Shown piece by piece: positions 22,578 to 36,016 of a DNA stretch of 64,000 bases; positions within the stretch are counted from its first letter, which is position 1, and every line of letters begins with the position of its first letter. Source of the DNA: Massalongia carnosa. Taxonomy: Eukaryota. The stretch is from assembly GCA_965645245.1 (NCBI GenBank), contig OZ287072.1, positions 2,170,001-2,234,000 on the forward strand, written 5' to 3'. The notes beneath the pieces were generated by a model. That model was not told the origin of the DNA. It searched no databases and was given only the letters and a program-made list of their open reading frames with translations. The position numbers were made by a program, and so were the translations under genes.

Positions 22578-25500
22578 GGTGAGACTACGCGACAATCTGT
22601 TTGGAACCTGTACTTTGGTGATACTTTTCAAATACCCGAGAAAATAATGGGTGGAATAAGAATCAATAGCTAAGAATATATGTACATATATATACCTTAC
22701 CTACCTCTAGGAGAAGCCCCGGTCATAAGAAGCAGATCAAGTCAAGGCTGGCCATTTATTCGCATTGTCACCGCCACTAGACAGCATCTATCCCGTCTCC
22801 CGATATGGGCAGAATGGACTTGAGCCGCGAGTAGTTGCTCGTTGTGAGACTCTCCCCCAAGCTGTAAGCAGCGAACTCAAGATGAAACCGAGCCGCCAAG
22901 GCAGATTTTCCACGTTCTCAAGGTGGAGATATAGAAATGTCTGCTTCGGAGGCCTGGGGTTGTTTCAAAACATCAGTCCCAAAGGCTTGTCCTGCTTTAC
23001 TTGTCAAGGGATGTTCAGTTTCACACTACCTATGAACCTACACGTAAAGAGGAGGTTACTAAAAAAAATCGACCTACGAGCCGAGAACATCTTAATGTGT
23101 CTAGCCGTTTGTAGGATTCATGATGGATGCCGGAAAGAAGATGTAGTCCAGCATTGATAGATATCCTCATGATATCATGTGACTACAAACGCTAAATACC
23201 GAGGAAACTTGGTTCGGTTAGTTGTTAGCAGCTTCGGTGAAACTTGACCTTCATATCATACCATTGGCCGTTGTAGTTATGATACAGTTCCGCATCTTAG
23301 CCGCACTTCAACCGGATAGGCGGGAAGGCCTCCCAAGTCATGTCCTATGGTCCGTGCCGCGTCCGGCAGGAACGAGGACGTGACGCCCACATGTCTCCGA
23401 GAACGCTTTAGTTCCCTCATAGACTGGCTGCTACTTAGCTGAGGCTCTGGGTATTGCAATCGCAGTGATCAGGCGATCAAGGTAGGATCTGCGGTAGGCT
23501 CCCTTACGTGCGGTTCTACAAATACACGCCAGCAGTATGGGTGGTGAAAAGGAACCTAAACATTGAAGTATGAAGGCAAGGGCATAAATAGCGTCAAGTT
23601 TGAAAGGAACATCCTCCCCCCCAGAACAGATTCTTGTTTCTAGACGGTTTTGTTGTTGCATCCCGTGTGAATTCACGTGGTATAAATCGTGATCCGAGAA
23701 GGTCAACCTTCCCTCCAGATACTAGGTCCTAAGTTCTCCGAAATATTTTAGCCACTCAGAGCGTTGACAGCTAAAGATGCTGATCATTCCAAGAGTGCCT
23801 TGCTTCTCGCAGGGTGGCAGGCTCTACCTAACGAGTCCCGCGAAACAGTTCCCGTTGTTTCACTCACTTCTAATTCTCCAAGTATAAAACTATTGAACTC
23901 GGTAACAAAGCGCATGACGGTTTACTGTACGGGAGCCTAGCTTAGCAGAACATACGAGAGATCGGAAAGACAAGCCTTTGATGCTTCTGGTCGGAGCAAC
24001 GAGCTGATTTTATTTCTCCTGCTCCTCTACTAGCCAATTTTGCTGATATACGATGTCATTCTTAACTATACCAAGTTCCCAGAAATCTGCGTTATCTGCA
24101 GTTCCTAGCATCCATGCCGCTATCAAAATCCACGAAAGCGTTTGAAGCCATCTCCGAATTTACAAGTCAAGCATCGGTTCAGCAAGCCGCTCTTCTCACA
24201 TTGTGAACAAGTGAAAGACTGGGTTACTCGCTATGGAATCCCACACAAAAAGCTAGAATGGTGTTGGGGTGCGAGTAATATCTTTTCAAAAGTACCTTGC
24301 TAACAAATTTGTAGACTTTGCGTCGGTAAGGATCTATGCTTCTGTTTTTGAAAATGCGTTTTTCCTTAAGGGTCTTGTCTCAGTTAAAAGCCAGTAACAA
24401 GCACAACGGTTTTGTTGGGCACTATGAAGGAGGTTTGGAGATGACTCAGAGTATTGGCAAGCCTTGTGATATTCCAGCTTCCTTATGATCCTCATTCGTC
24501 TCTTTTCTCCAGCAAAAAGCAGAATATTGGGAAGCCTTCCAATTACTTTTCACACCCCCATATTCTCCAATAGTAACGTTCAATTCTCGAGCCCACGGTT
24601 GATTCAGTATTTCGTTTCTATAGGAGGAAGGCTCCCCTGTAAGAGCGGCACGTTCTCTCCCGTCCTCTATGGCCCACTCATCGCTGCGAAAGATGCTAAT
24701 GGGAATGGGCTAATCGCCCCACTTATTAGCGGTCATTGCTTCGTTAGGATTTTTGACGTCTTTATCCAAGCAGAAGAACCTACATCAGAAGGATTTTCTA
24801 CAGGCAGCAGGACGTTTAGATTGGCGGGGGGGATTTTTCCCATAAGAATTCCTAGCGAACCAACATCCCTCCTGCACTCACAGGAAGCGATGCGAAGGCC
24901 CACAAATCATTCGCGCACAATACAAGCAAATAGTTCCAGGCCTGCAGGCGCAAGCAATCGACGATTTGTCGCTCAGCGAGAGTGTGAAAATTAAAGAACA
25001 ATTATTGAGCATGAGTTACGTTTTTATTGTTAGAGTTTTTTTAGCATTCCAAAGGTTAGAATTTCCATATCTGGAAGTAGCTCCTCAGGTTTCGCAGGTT
25101 CTAATATAAGAGGTGGCTCCTCTCCTACAAGTTACTACCTATAAATGGTAAAGAACCTAAAACCGTCCTGTTATAAGTGTTTCGGGCGTTGAACGTGATA
25201 TTCACGTGCAAGAATCTGTACTAAACGAGCTACCAGAAATACATTGTTTTCTCCACATAGAAAAGGGGCACATAAAGTATAGCATTGTCAAGCTGCAATA
25301 GGAGATTCGAGACAGGATGGTTATCCTTCATCAGGAAAGGCTAGTGTCGAAAGGGTCTAGTTAGTTCTTTGCAAGATGAATTCAACTCCCGTAGGACTCA
25401 GAACTTCCCTCATACATCTCATCATCGCTCATCGCCGAAATAAGCGCATCTGCTCCAGAAAGTTCCACTCCTTGTGAAGTTGAGGAGGTATCAAGAATAG

Positions 25501-25649
25501 TATGTATTTGATTCGTTAGAGATAGAACACTTTTCTGTCTAGGGAGTGCTGTGTCGATGATTGAGGCTAAACTGCCTTTTCGTTTCTTTTGTGCGACCGT
25601 CTGAGAAAAACCTAGCTGACTCATCCAACTCTCAGACCCCGAACTCAAG

Positions 25650-25696
25650 CCCTAAAAGGAAAGCCCTAAGCCATTAGCCCTAAGGGTTTACCCTAA
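25650..25696 (+). promoter_or_regulatory. Four phased CCCTAA (telobox-like) motifs just upstream of the SPT10-like start
   Basis: CCCTAA at 25650, 25664, 25678 and 25691 (spacing 14/14/13). The last copy ends 37 nt before ATG 25734. Confidence 0.4.
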
Positions 25697-25733
25697 TCCG
25701 GACCTAGCTCAACCCCATCTCCAAACGAACGCC

Positions 25734-27347
25734 ATGCCTGCAATGCTCGAGGACCCCACTGCCCCTCCGATATATCGTACATCCGGTCCACCTCCTTACC
25801 CAATCCCCAACAACCCCTATATCCCCGACACCATTGTCTCCCGTCTCGTCACCCTTCGCGACCGCATCACCACCGCGTCCATCCTCCCCATCAGCTGCGC
25901 TGCTGAGGTGCCCCACACCCTCCTCGCCTACCTCTGCACGCAATTCAACCTCGAGATCGAAAAGGGCGACACTTACCCCATGACCGTCCCCTTTTCGCTT
26001 GAGACCTTTGGCGCCTATTGGTTCCAGAGCTTTGGCGCCATCATGTTGCTGGGGGAAGTGGCGGGCAGGGAAGAGCTATGGGAATTGGAGCAGATGGGGG
26101 AAGATTGGAGACGGGTGTGCTTGGGCACGTTTTACATCAAGCCAAATTATCCGGGGAGGAGCAGTCATGTGTGCAATGGTGGCTTTATTGTCACCGATGC
26201 AGCGAGAAATAGGGGGGTAGGTAGGCTAATGGGGGAGAGATATCTGGAATGGGCGCCGAAGTTGGTGAGTATTCTTGCAGAAAAGGATTATCGATTTTCT
26301 TCTATTCGCCAAATGATTTGATCTTTCATTGTTCATCATCCTCTGGAAGGCATCAATTTCTTCTTGCGACATTTTGCTGACTCCTTTCCCCCTTTCTAGA
26401 ATTACAGCTACAGCGTGTTCAACCTTGTGTACGAAACAAACGTAGCCTCCATCCGTATCTGGGACGCCCTCGGCTTCAAACGCATCGGCCGTGTTAAAGC
26501 CTGTGGCAACCTGCGCTCCTCCCCCGATGAACTCGTGGACGCTATTATCTACGGTCGTGACCTCGGCCCGGAAGGCGAAGACTTTGTCTCCGAGGAACGC
26601 TTCGACAAGATCCGCTTCTACCTCAAGCACGGCAAGTATCCAAACGGCGCCGACCGGGCCGAGAAATCCCGCCTACGCTCCGCCGCCACTCACTACAAGT
26701 TGCTGCCCGCCGAGGACGAGGATTCGAGCGTGATCGGGCCCGATCGGGACAATGAGCGGCTGATGCTGAAGGATAAGGAAGTGGTGGCGGATCCGCAGCG
26801 ACAGTATGAGATCGCGAGGCAGGTGCATGCCGCGCAGCATGCAGGAATTAACAAGACCACGGCCACGATTGCGGAAAAGCATCACTGGGTACGGATCAAA
26901 GAGACTGTCAGCCTCGTGATCAAAAATTGCCCTGATTGCAAGGACACGTCCAAAGTGCCCACTGTGCGGCCGGTGGGCGAGAACAGCATGCTCTCTTCCA
27001 CATCCACCTCCCAGCCTTCCACGACGGCAGAAGCGCGGAGGTCAGTCAACGCAAACGGCCACGCGGCGGATCCTAATAGCATGATTGAGCGCTTGGTGAA
27101 TTTTGACGACCTCGACACCACGCCTACGGGAAGAGGAAGCCAGAACCCGGTCGCAATGCCCGGACATCTCCGCCATGGAGACAATGGGCTTTCCGACCAT
27201 GTTCCCGTCGCGCAGATGCATGCGCTGCAAAACTACTCCCATATCCCGCTGGACCCGCAGATCATGCAGCAACAGCATCCGCATGCGCATCTCGCCGACG
27301 ACGCGCACTTCGATCTCGACCTCGACGATGATGCGCATCAATCGTAG
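25734..27347 (+). CDS. SPT10: Spt10-like GNAT acetyltransferase with integrase-type H2C2 zinc-binding domain
   Basis: GDTYPM, FYIKPNYPGRSSHVCNGGFIV...RNRGVGRLMG, YSVFNLVYETNVAS..IWDALGF, and H..QHAGINKT...C..C. Intron 26265-26399 splices in frame. Confidence 0.9.
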
Positions 27348-28393
27348 AGCGTTGGCGATGGTTTCGGTAGGAGCCAAGCAAGCAGGATGTAGGAGGCGAA
27401 CAGTGCGGATGGGGTTTGTTCTGAAAACAGAGGATGGGTCGTTGGGGTATGAGGAGGTTTGGTGGTAGACTGAGGATGGTGAATAGGGATATGCGCAAGG
27501 CGCGACGCCGTGGAGATGGAACTGGCATGCGCATTCACCACCAGGAACCGGGAAACTCTGCCTTGGGAAACGGCGCTACATTAAAGTATTGCAGAGCTAT
27601 TCAGTGCGGGAACGGGCATTATTTATCCGCCCAGTTGCCCAAGCCTGAAGCTCTGCAAGGAAGTTTTGTATATATATCTGTATGTACGTATGTAGTTTGT
27701 ATGAGAGAGAGAGAGAGCGCGCGCGCGCGCGATCGCTGATTATAGGAAAGAAACAAAAGCACGAAAAGAAAGAAATCCATGAAGAGAGGAGCAATACCTC
27801 CTCCTTCTCCACGACTTAAACCAGACCCTCTTACCCAACCCACTTACCCACCTACCCACCTAACTCACTTAAACCGAATGACCGACTATGTATGTACTCG
27901 CAAGGAAAAGCGCTAGATACCTCCGTATTTAGGCCTGTTAACTAACTATTCATCTACCTAGCTAGCTAGATCATTATTCTTTTCCGGCGCTTTTGCGAAG
28001 GATGGAAAAGTTTGGGGGAAGGGAGATTGGCTGCGTAGGAAGGAAGAAGAGAAAGAGAGGAGAAGCGGACCTCCCACCCCCCCCCCCCCCCCCCTTCTCT
28101 CCTAGGCTCTCTCCCATCAATCTCCTTCCGTTCATTCGCTTCTCCCGAGTTTTCCCACTTCGCGATCTCGTCCCTGTGCGATTCGTGGGGGAACTTGTCG
28201 GCTCACGGTTCTGCTGAAGTCGTTGATGTTGGGGAGGGGGTTGCAACATCTGGCCTTCCACTACTCCAGAAAGAACCGTGGGGGGGGGGGGTATAGTAAT
28301 CTCTTGCCTATGTTATATTATAACCGTACTATCTGATTCAACTTTACCTATTCCATTTTGAAAAAAAAAACTCTAAAACATTGGTCAGCCATT

Positions 28394-30198
28394 CTACATT
28401 TCCATTTCATAACCTGTCAAAGCCGGTCCCATCCAGCGTTCTTCCAGTAAACAGACATCTTCATCCTCCTCAACATAATGAAACGACTCCGCGAACCACA
28501 GGTCGGGCTGTAAGAGCGTAACCGGGGCACGAGAGCTGTCAAGCCCTCCAAAGCCCGTCATAGTACTTTCTAAGGCGACCTGTAAATGATGCATGGAAAC
28601 ATCGTTAATTTCGTCGGCAGAGTCGATCGGCATGATTGTATGGTTCGAGATCCATCCGATGCTCGACACTGCCAACGACTCATTGCTAATAGAATCGCCG
28701 GCGCCATTGTGAAACCAGTATTTCAACGCCAACCTTGCCCATTCTTTTTCAAAGCTATCTTGAGACTGATGCCAGTCGGTATGTTCTATCAACTTTCGGA
28801 TGATAGCTTTTTACAGATTAGTCTAGTTTGGCCTGCAAGACTCCTAGCAGCCATTCATTGGTGCGAGTTGTCTTATCCGTTAACACTTGATTGGAGTCCG
28901 TGCTATCGAGCATAGGCTGACGAGGTCCTGTTTCCTCTGTCATTATTTGGGCTGCTAAATCCTCGCATCTCTCGATATGTTCCCCATCGACATTCAACTC
29001 ATCCGCGGTCTCTAGGAAGATTCAAGGTCCTCGGCTCGAAAAATTTCTCGAAGAGAACAGATTCTGCGTGCGGCCTAGATTTTGTTATCACTCACCCCAT
29101 TTCTATCGCCCGAGTTTGGAGATACTTTCGAGGATAGAAGAATGTGCTCGTAAAGCGTCAGTGTCCTTAGGGCGCAAAATGTAAGTACATACTCGGAAAC
29201 AGCGGGTGGAAAATGTTGTGCAGTTCCTCTAGCAAGCATTTCTGTCGACTGAAATAGCAGTGAGGCCTGTGGGCACATATTCTCATATAGTACCTCACCC
29301 GATGCATCTTTGACATCATCTGATCTTAGGAGACCAGCCAAAGAAGATTTGAGAGATACCATAGGGGTGATTTGACATGCCCGATTACCGTACACTCGCC
29401 TGAAGGCTGAGTTTGGAGCGACCTTTGAAGATTTTTCGAAGCTACTTTCAGATGACTTTGCTGAAATCGATTCAATTAGGTCAGTCATCATAGACTAAAT
29501 ATCTATCAGGTGCCCCTCGTTGGATATGGATACTGCAAGATTCGAGCTTCCCGAGCTTGAGAGCTCTTGTAGTCGTCGGTCTTGGCTTTCGGTTTGACGC
29601 TGGAGGCTTTCGGATAAGTTTTCTAGCTTGTGATCCATCAGCCGAAGGGCTTGAATATGCAGGAGATCAATTTCTCTGGCTAAAAATCTGTTCGGGAGAG
29701 GATTTGATCGTATTTCAACATAACACACCGACCGAGGATTGAAAGGCTGGCTTGGATATTCTTCAGATGCCATCCAATGCGAGTTCGTACTGCTGCTCGA
29801 GACTCTTTTTCGATTGCAGTTATGAATGCTTTGAATGCTGCCCGGACCGATAAGCCTGATTTACGGGTAGTATTTTATCGTTTGGTACAGTCATATCTCC
29901 TGGTTAAAGCAAGCCAATTTTCCAGATCCTACGTGCAGTCCTCAACCTGAATTTGCATCGATACCAGATGAAACCCCTGCTTCGTCTAGTAATCTGCCGC
30001 ACCCATCTTCGTACACAGAACTCTTACGCAGCCTAATAACCTTGCCAGCATTGTCAAGTCATGGAAAAATTCTGCCGCCACCTTATCACTCTTCGCGAAG
30101 TCATCGCAGAAGACCTTGAGCTTTCCGATTATCCCAATGCTCTGAATAGTAAGACCCAATACTCCCGCAACACTTGCTACCGCAGCTAAAGCCTCCAT
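28394..30198 (-). pseudogene. Pseudogene with fungal STAND N-terminal (HeLo-like/SesA-like) helical domain
   Basis: Starts MEALAAVASVAGVLGLTIQSIGIIGKLKVFCDDF, typical of HeLo-like N-termini. Premature TAG at 29986-29988 and further stops. Residual ORF fragments on the same strand down to 28394. Confidence 0.6.
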
Positions 30199-31063
30199 TG
30201 GATCACAAGGGCAAAAGGCAGATTCAAGCAACCAGAGGACACCAACCCCTGAAGAGACAAGAAAAACCAACATTTTAATATAGCCGAACCAAAGACAAAA
30301 CGAAGAGTAGGAGCTTGAACTCATCGGGCATGCTGATGCATCTTATCCTGTCACTCAAGGACACAAGGAAACAAGGACACTGATAATTACAACTTTTTTT
30401 GGTGGGAGCCAGAGGGGAAAGGCTCGGTCGAGTTCAACTCTATTAATTGATTAGCCGTGGGAGAGCATGAGGATTTATGTATAATGGAAAGGCCTGTTTT
30501 TAGAAAGATTGCACTTCGTTCTGGTTGTTGAGAGAAACATCTTTCGTCCAACTTTTTTTAGACATGTGGTATGCTCAGCTTTGAAGGTATGGTAGGCGCC
30601 TGGCAAGGCTGGAGAAGTTCGCCTCAGCCGAGCCACTACAGCCACCACAGTCATCCGAGGACCCGAACCACTAGAAGGAAACCAACAGGGTCTCATCGTT
30701 GGACCCCGGGATGAGGATTTACTTATACACCTCAAAGGCACATCAAGTAGCGTTAACCTCACAAGTCGCTCCAGGCAGGCCCGGCCTGGGGGGAACACAT
30801 AAGTAGATTAATCAGGTAGCGGTCTAACAAAGAAGAGTTGCATTTCAGACTCTCCATGTCCTTCGTCTCCCCATGCCTTCCTCGTCCGTTCCGCCATGGG
30901 TAGAATACATCCGTCAATCCGTCCAACCGTACCATGTACATAGAATCGAAGATAAAGCATTAAAGCGCTCGCCGCCGAGATGAGACTGATCAGGAAATAA
31001 GATGGAATGGGGGTATAAAAAGCCATGCTAAAATCCTGCCAAAATCAAGTAGCTCACACTCAG

Positions 31064-34000
31064 TTATTTCCCTAATTCGTTAATTGTAGTCGTACACTCC
31101 TCTCCTTTTTTCTTCTCCTCCGCCTCCTTCCTCTTTCCCATTTCCTTGATAGCTGGTGCTGGTGCTGGTAGTAATGATGTAGGAGCGGCAGCAGGGGCTT
31201 TACCAGCGTTGATCTTCTCCTTTTGCGCTTGCGCAGTTTGCAAACAATCGATGTAAGTGCGAAACTTGACGATTTCGTGCAAAAGATACGAAGACTTGCG
31301 TTCCCAATTCGCCATGGCTTTGCTCGAGTTGGGGTGACGGGGAGAGAACTGCACGGGCGGAGGTCAGCATGGGAGTCATGAGAAATGTGTTTGCAGTGCC
31401 AAGGGAAACAGGAAGTCAAAAGATACTTACCGCCAGAGCAACCGCAGCCCGCAGCTCGTTATGGTTTTGCAGCTCCTCTTCAACATTCTTCACGTAGGTC
31501 TGCAAAGCTTTAAGCTGGTCCACCTCTAAGAGCACGCTGGCCAACATGCTCTGCTGCGGAAAAGTCCAGTCGCTGATGACGACCTTGTCGCCGGGCAATT
31601 TGGGCCGGAAGCTACTCTGATCAACGGAGCTCCTGATGGAACTCTGTAAACTCGGTCGTGGCCCAACGATGCTCGCGGTCGAAGGAGGTATGTTTTCGTT
31701 GTGTAGCAGGGCAGCATTGATGATAGATTCACTCCAGCCGTATTCTACGTTACTGACCCCACCCACCAAAGGCTCTTTGGATAACCGAGCGCTCCAATAA
31801 TTGGCCGTGGTCACGAACTCTTTAACGATTTCAGGCGTACCAACCTGGAAAAGATGAACTGCACCGGTGGGTAAACTCAAGGCCCATACATGAGGTCTAG
31901 TTTTGGAATACCCTGGCGGTGGCAGCGCGCTGGCGATGGTCTGACGCAGCAAGAACTTCCCAAGCGCTTCCGCGCTATCGGTCCAGTTACCACCACCAAC
32001 AACACCGCCGGGGGCTTTTTGATTCTTGGCTTTTTGACGCATGGATTTGGCGTTCATGCTGAAAGAAAATAATCGCATCCATCCTTTCTCGATCACCGCA
32101 AAACTTTCCACCCAGTTTCTGTCCTTTGCTTTTTTGTCGAGAGAATCGAGGTGATGCTTGTGCTTTAGGATACCCTCTTTTGCCCACGGCGCGCCAGCCA
32201 ATTCGAGGCTCTCGTCTTCAAGCAAAGGTGCAGTCCGTAGATTATCTTCGATAGCGTCACCACTAGATTCTTCCCGGATGATTGCCTGGCTTAAAGCGTT
32301 GGCGAATCCGATAGACTTTTGATAGTCACCCTGAGGAAAACTGGATGCCAAGGAGTCAATAGACATTGAAGTTTGCGTTTTTCCGAAAGAATACTTGCTC
32401 CAAGTGCTCGATACGGATGGGCTCCACATGGACGATTGATCTTCAAGACTTGTACGACTGGAATCTCCGGTTGAAGCCGGATAAACCCGTGGCCGAGATC
32501 GGGTTTTCGAAGTCCATCGCCCGGTTCCAAGGCGATGCTCTATGGGCCGCCCTCGATAACTGAGATGTTCAGAACCAGCCTTGCTGAGCATACTAGGAGT
32601 GCGGCGAAGCATATTTCCAGTGATCGCCGAAAGACTATTCGGGTAAACTGAGTGATCCGGATTGTTCTCTTTGATATCGTTCCCATGAAGAGGTAAACTT
32701 TGCTGCCGGATGGAGTTGAAAAAGTCCTTTAACACGATCTCAACCTGAAGCTCCCATGTAGTCATCTTGCCCCGGAACTCTGATTTGACCAACGGCCCGC
32801 AGTCATCGACAGGAGTCTCATAATCGAGGGGTGTCGGCGGTCCACTCGTTGAGTGTGCTTCGTCTGAATGGTCTGATGGTCGGGTAGACAGTCTGTAAGA
32901 CGGCCGAGAAGCCTCAAACGAACGCCGTCCCCCTGGAAGCTCCGATAAAAAGGTCGGTATTTGCTTTCGCTCCGAGGTCGATCCAGTCCCAGCTCTAAGA
33001 GCTGGCAAGGTGGAAGAACGAGGGTTTTCGAAGCCGTCTGGAGCGGCATCTGTTGCTACACGTCGAATGGTTGGTATCGTATTCTTGATAAATTGAGCTC
33101 TTGTCATTTTTTGTTCGATACCAGCCATGTGGAGGTCAGTGTTAAGAAGCAATATGGAGTAACAGATGGTATGTACAACGTCTCATTGAAGTCAGCCAAG
33201 GCCACTGCGATAAGTTTCTAAAACGTACCTGTTGCCTTGAAACCATGATTAGGATTGCAAGCACACCAACGCGTGGAGAAGGCATCCAGTATCCGATCCA
33301 CTTGCTGAGTCTCGCCCTTCAATAATAGTCGACTGCAGAAATCCCTCAGGGACGCCAGGATATTCAGATTCTGCCATTCAAAGAGCTCCATATACGCCCG
33401 CCTCACCCTTGTTCTATCTAGCTCTGGCTCACCTAGCCATGCGGCAGCCTTCGTTTTAGGTACAAAATCTTCATCTCCATCATATATTTTCTTAGCTTGC
33501 AAATGGTCTTCCGCAGTCAGTACAATCACGTCTGTATCAGGGGCTGATCTATTTATGACGACACTCATTGGGTAGTCAGGCTTGCCCTTTGCGTCGCTTA
33601 CTTTTTCTGTCTGTAACGTGGAAAATGCCGAGCAGTAATCACTGGTGGGATTGACTTGAGGAGCTTCACGGTGCAACTCAATCTGGCAAAGCTTTGGTAG
33701 GTCATCGTGAGAGTTTGCAGGTTCTAGCCACACTCTACTTGACTTTCCGGATGAGCTTGGAGGTAAGATATTTTTCTTGGCAGGAGTGAGACGGGCTACT
33801 GGAAGCCGATCCTTTGCTCCAGCATTTAAGGCGGAATTTGCTGAGGCATTAGAAGCCGCTATAAGTTTGTTGCTTCTGATTGGTATAGATTGAGTGTCTG
33901 GGGATTTGCCAAGGTCTGAGACGGAGTGCTGTAATTGTCTGCTTGTAGGCTTCAACTTTGCAGCGGATTTACGCGTCTCCCCGGTTGATGTTGCATCAAC

Positions 34001-36016
34001 TGGAAGATTTGGTGGAACTCGGCTGGATGCTACAAGATCTATATGCGTAGACTTGTTAGAATCAGAAGACTTGCTCATGCTGATCTCTGCGCTGCTGCTA
34101 TCATGTAGGAAAGACGCTTGTAACTGAGACTGGTGAGGTGGCGCTGTAGCTAGTTCTTTAGGGTTAGATTTCATCTTAATTCTAGGGCTATCCCTAACAA
34201 GCGTGGTCCCATCCTTATGTTGGGTGCGAGATATAGCGGCTGCATCAACACTCATCCCAGATCCTCGAGAAGACACCGTCCGCTCCACGAGCGATTTTGG
34301 AAGTGCCGGGTTGGATGACGGACCCATGCTGCTATGATTACTTCGAACTGGACCTTGTGATCCATTCCGATGAGGCTGTAAAGGTAGTGCGTTACTCAGA
34401 TATGGGTTCATTACTTCACGTAAGCTGCTCACCGGACTCAACCCCTTGCTGTGATCGGCAGGAGCAGCAGTCGGCTCTGCCTTGACATGTGTTTGTACCT
34501 GAAAGGGGACAACCGGCGTAACGTATTGTTCCGAGATAGACTTCTTGCGCCTTCGGAAGAAAGACGAAGGTTTCTTGACCAATGGAGGTGGCGCATTCTC
34601 TTTGGGTAGATATGTTGCTCCCTCAGTCGGAGGTGGCTTATACAGCTTGTGGGGAGAGGTAAAGCCAGTTCGGCTATCTGCCCGAATACTATACTGTGAG
34701 GATTGTGCTGGGTTTGTACGCACATCGGGAGTCGAAAGGGGAATGTTTCTTGATGATCCAAACACTCTCCTGAAGAACCCCGGTCGTTCTTTGGGTGAAT
34801 CTTTGGCCTGAGGCACCAAGCTTTGTTTTTGACCCATCGAGGGATCCCGTGGCTGTCGGACTGGACTTGCGTTCCTCGAAATTATGAATGCTGGTATTAA
34901 AGGCGCCTCTTGCAGCTCATGCGCTGCATCAGCAAAATCATCACCAACCCTAGCTAGCGTATCCCAATTGGCATCCCCTCCTTTGCTTCTGCTTTGTATT
35001 TGGGTCTTAGAAGACCTGTTGCTGTCTCTACGCTGAATCGATGGCGCTTGCGCGGATGAGTACGGAGGTGGTGGATTAAATACTGGAGAGCGATCTCTAC
35101 TAGGCGAGCTAGCAGGAATGATAGGCGTGGGAGCAGGGTCAGAGGTAGAATAGTGAATGGGCCCAGAAGCGCCGTGAGGCAACAGTGAATTGGCTGGATT
35201 CAACGGCAATGTGTATGCTCCTCGGCTACCGCGGTTCTGATCGAAACTCGACGACCGGCGACCGGTCGTGGGCTGCCACCGTGGTTGTCCCACCAAATGT
35301 CCGAAATCCACACTGGATGATCCGCTGCTTTTATTGCTGATTCTCCCCTTACGCGATGTCAGGGCCCCAGCCTTTTCGCTGGAAGACTTCCTTTGGCCTT
35401 GGTTTGTAGCTGCTCTTACGCGATCCAACGTATTCTTCCCGCCTTGAATGCTGTCAATTCTGCCTAACGCGGACTGAAAATTAGAGCTACTGGTACTGCG
35501 GCGACCCCGAGTCAATTGGCCCGAGGAACGAAGAGGTGAGTCGTCGGAGGGATACGCATAATCCGTGTTCAGGGATGAGGATTGTGTGTGGCCACGACGA
35601 TGAGATCCCTTTGGTGACGCGAAGCGCGAATGGGAGGGGAATGAATGCTGATCTGGTGGAGTAGAGCCGAACTTGAGTTGATCAGGATTCAGTGAGAGTA
35701 GCATATGGTCCACCACAGAATGTCGAGCATTATCTGAGAACGAAAGATCATGCGAAATCCTCTGATCTCGGTGTTCCTGTCTAACATCCCTTACATGATC
35801 ACCGTCCTTCAGGCCATTAAGATATGTCTCGCGTGGGGTCGATCGATTGGCATGCGCCTTTGATGCACGTTGACCTCTGGTTCGGATCCTGTAGGGTGGG
35901 GTACGAGGAGGTGAGTCGCTGTAGGACGCATGCTTCATAGGAGGTCTTATGTCCAGCGACGGCGGGGGACGTGACCGTTGCATCGACGGTGCCGGGGTAT
36001 CTTTGCGATCTATCAT
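31064..36016 (-). CDS. SYT1: Sec7 + PH domain Arf guanine-nucleotide exchange factor (Syt1/EFA6-like)
   Basis: Sec7 motifs LKGETQQVDRILDAFS..W and DVVHTICYSILLLNTDLH. PH region GAPWAKEGILKHKHH...ANYWSARLSKEPL, then WERKSSYLL. Introns 33228-33182 and ~31430-31349. Confidence 0.88.

Noticed and set aside
30570..31026. Signal-peptide-like ORF MAFYTPIPSYFLISLISAASAL directly downstream of SYT1
   Set aside because: It starts <40 nt after the SYT1 stop (probable 3'UTR), is short, and gives no coherent spliced product.
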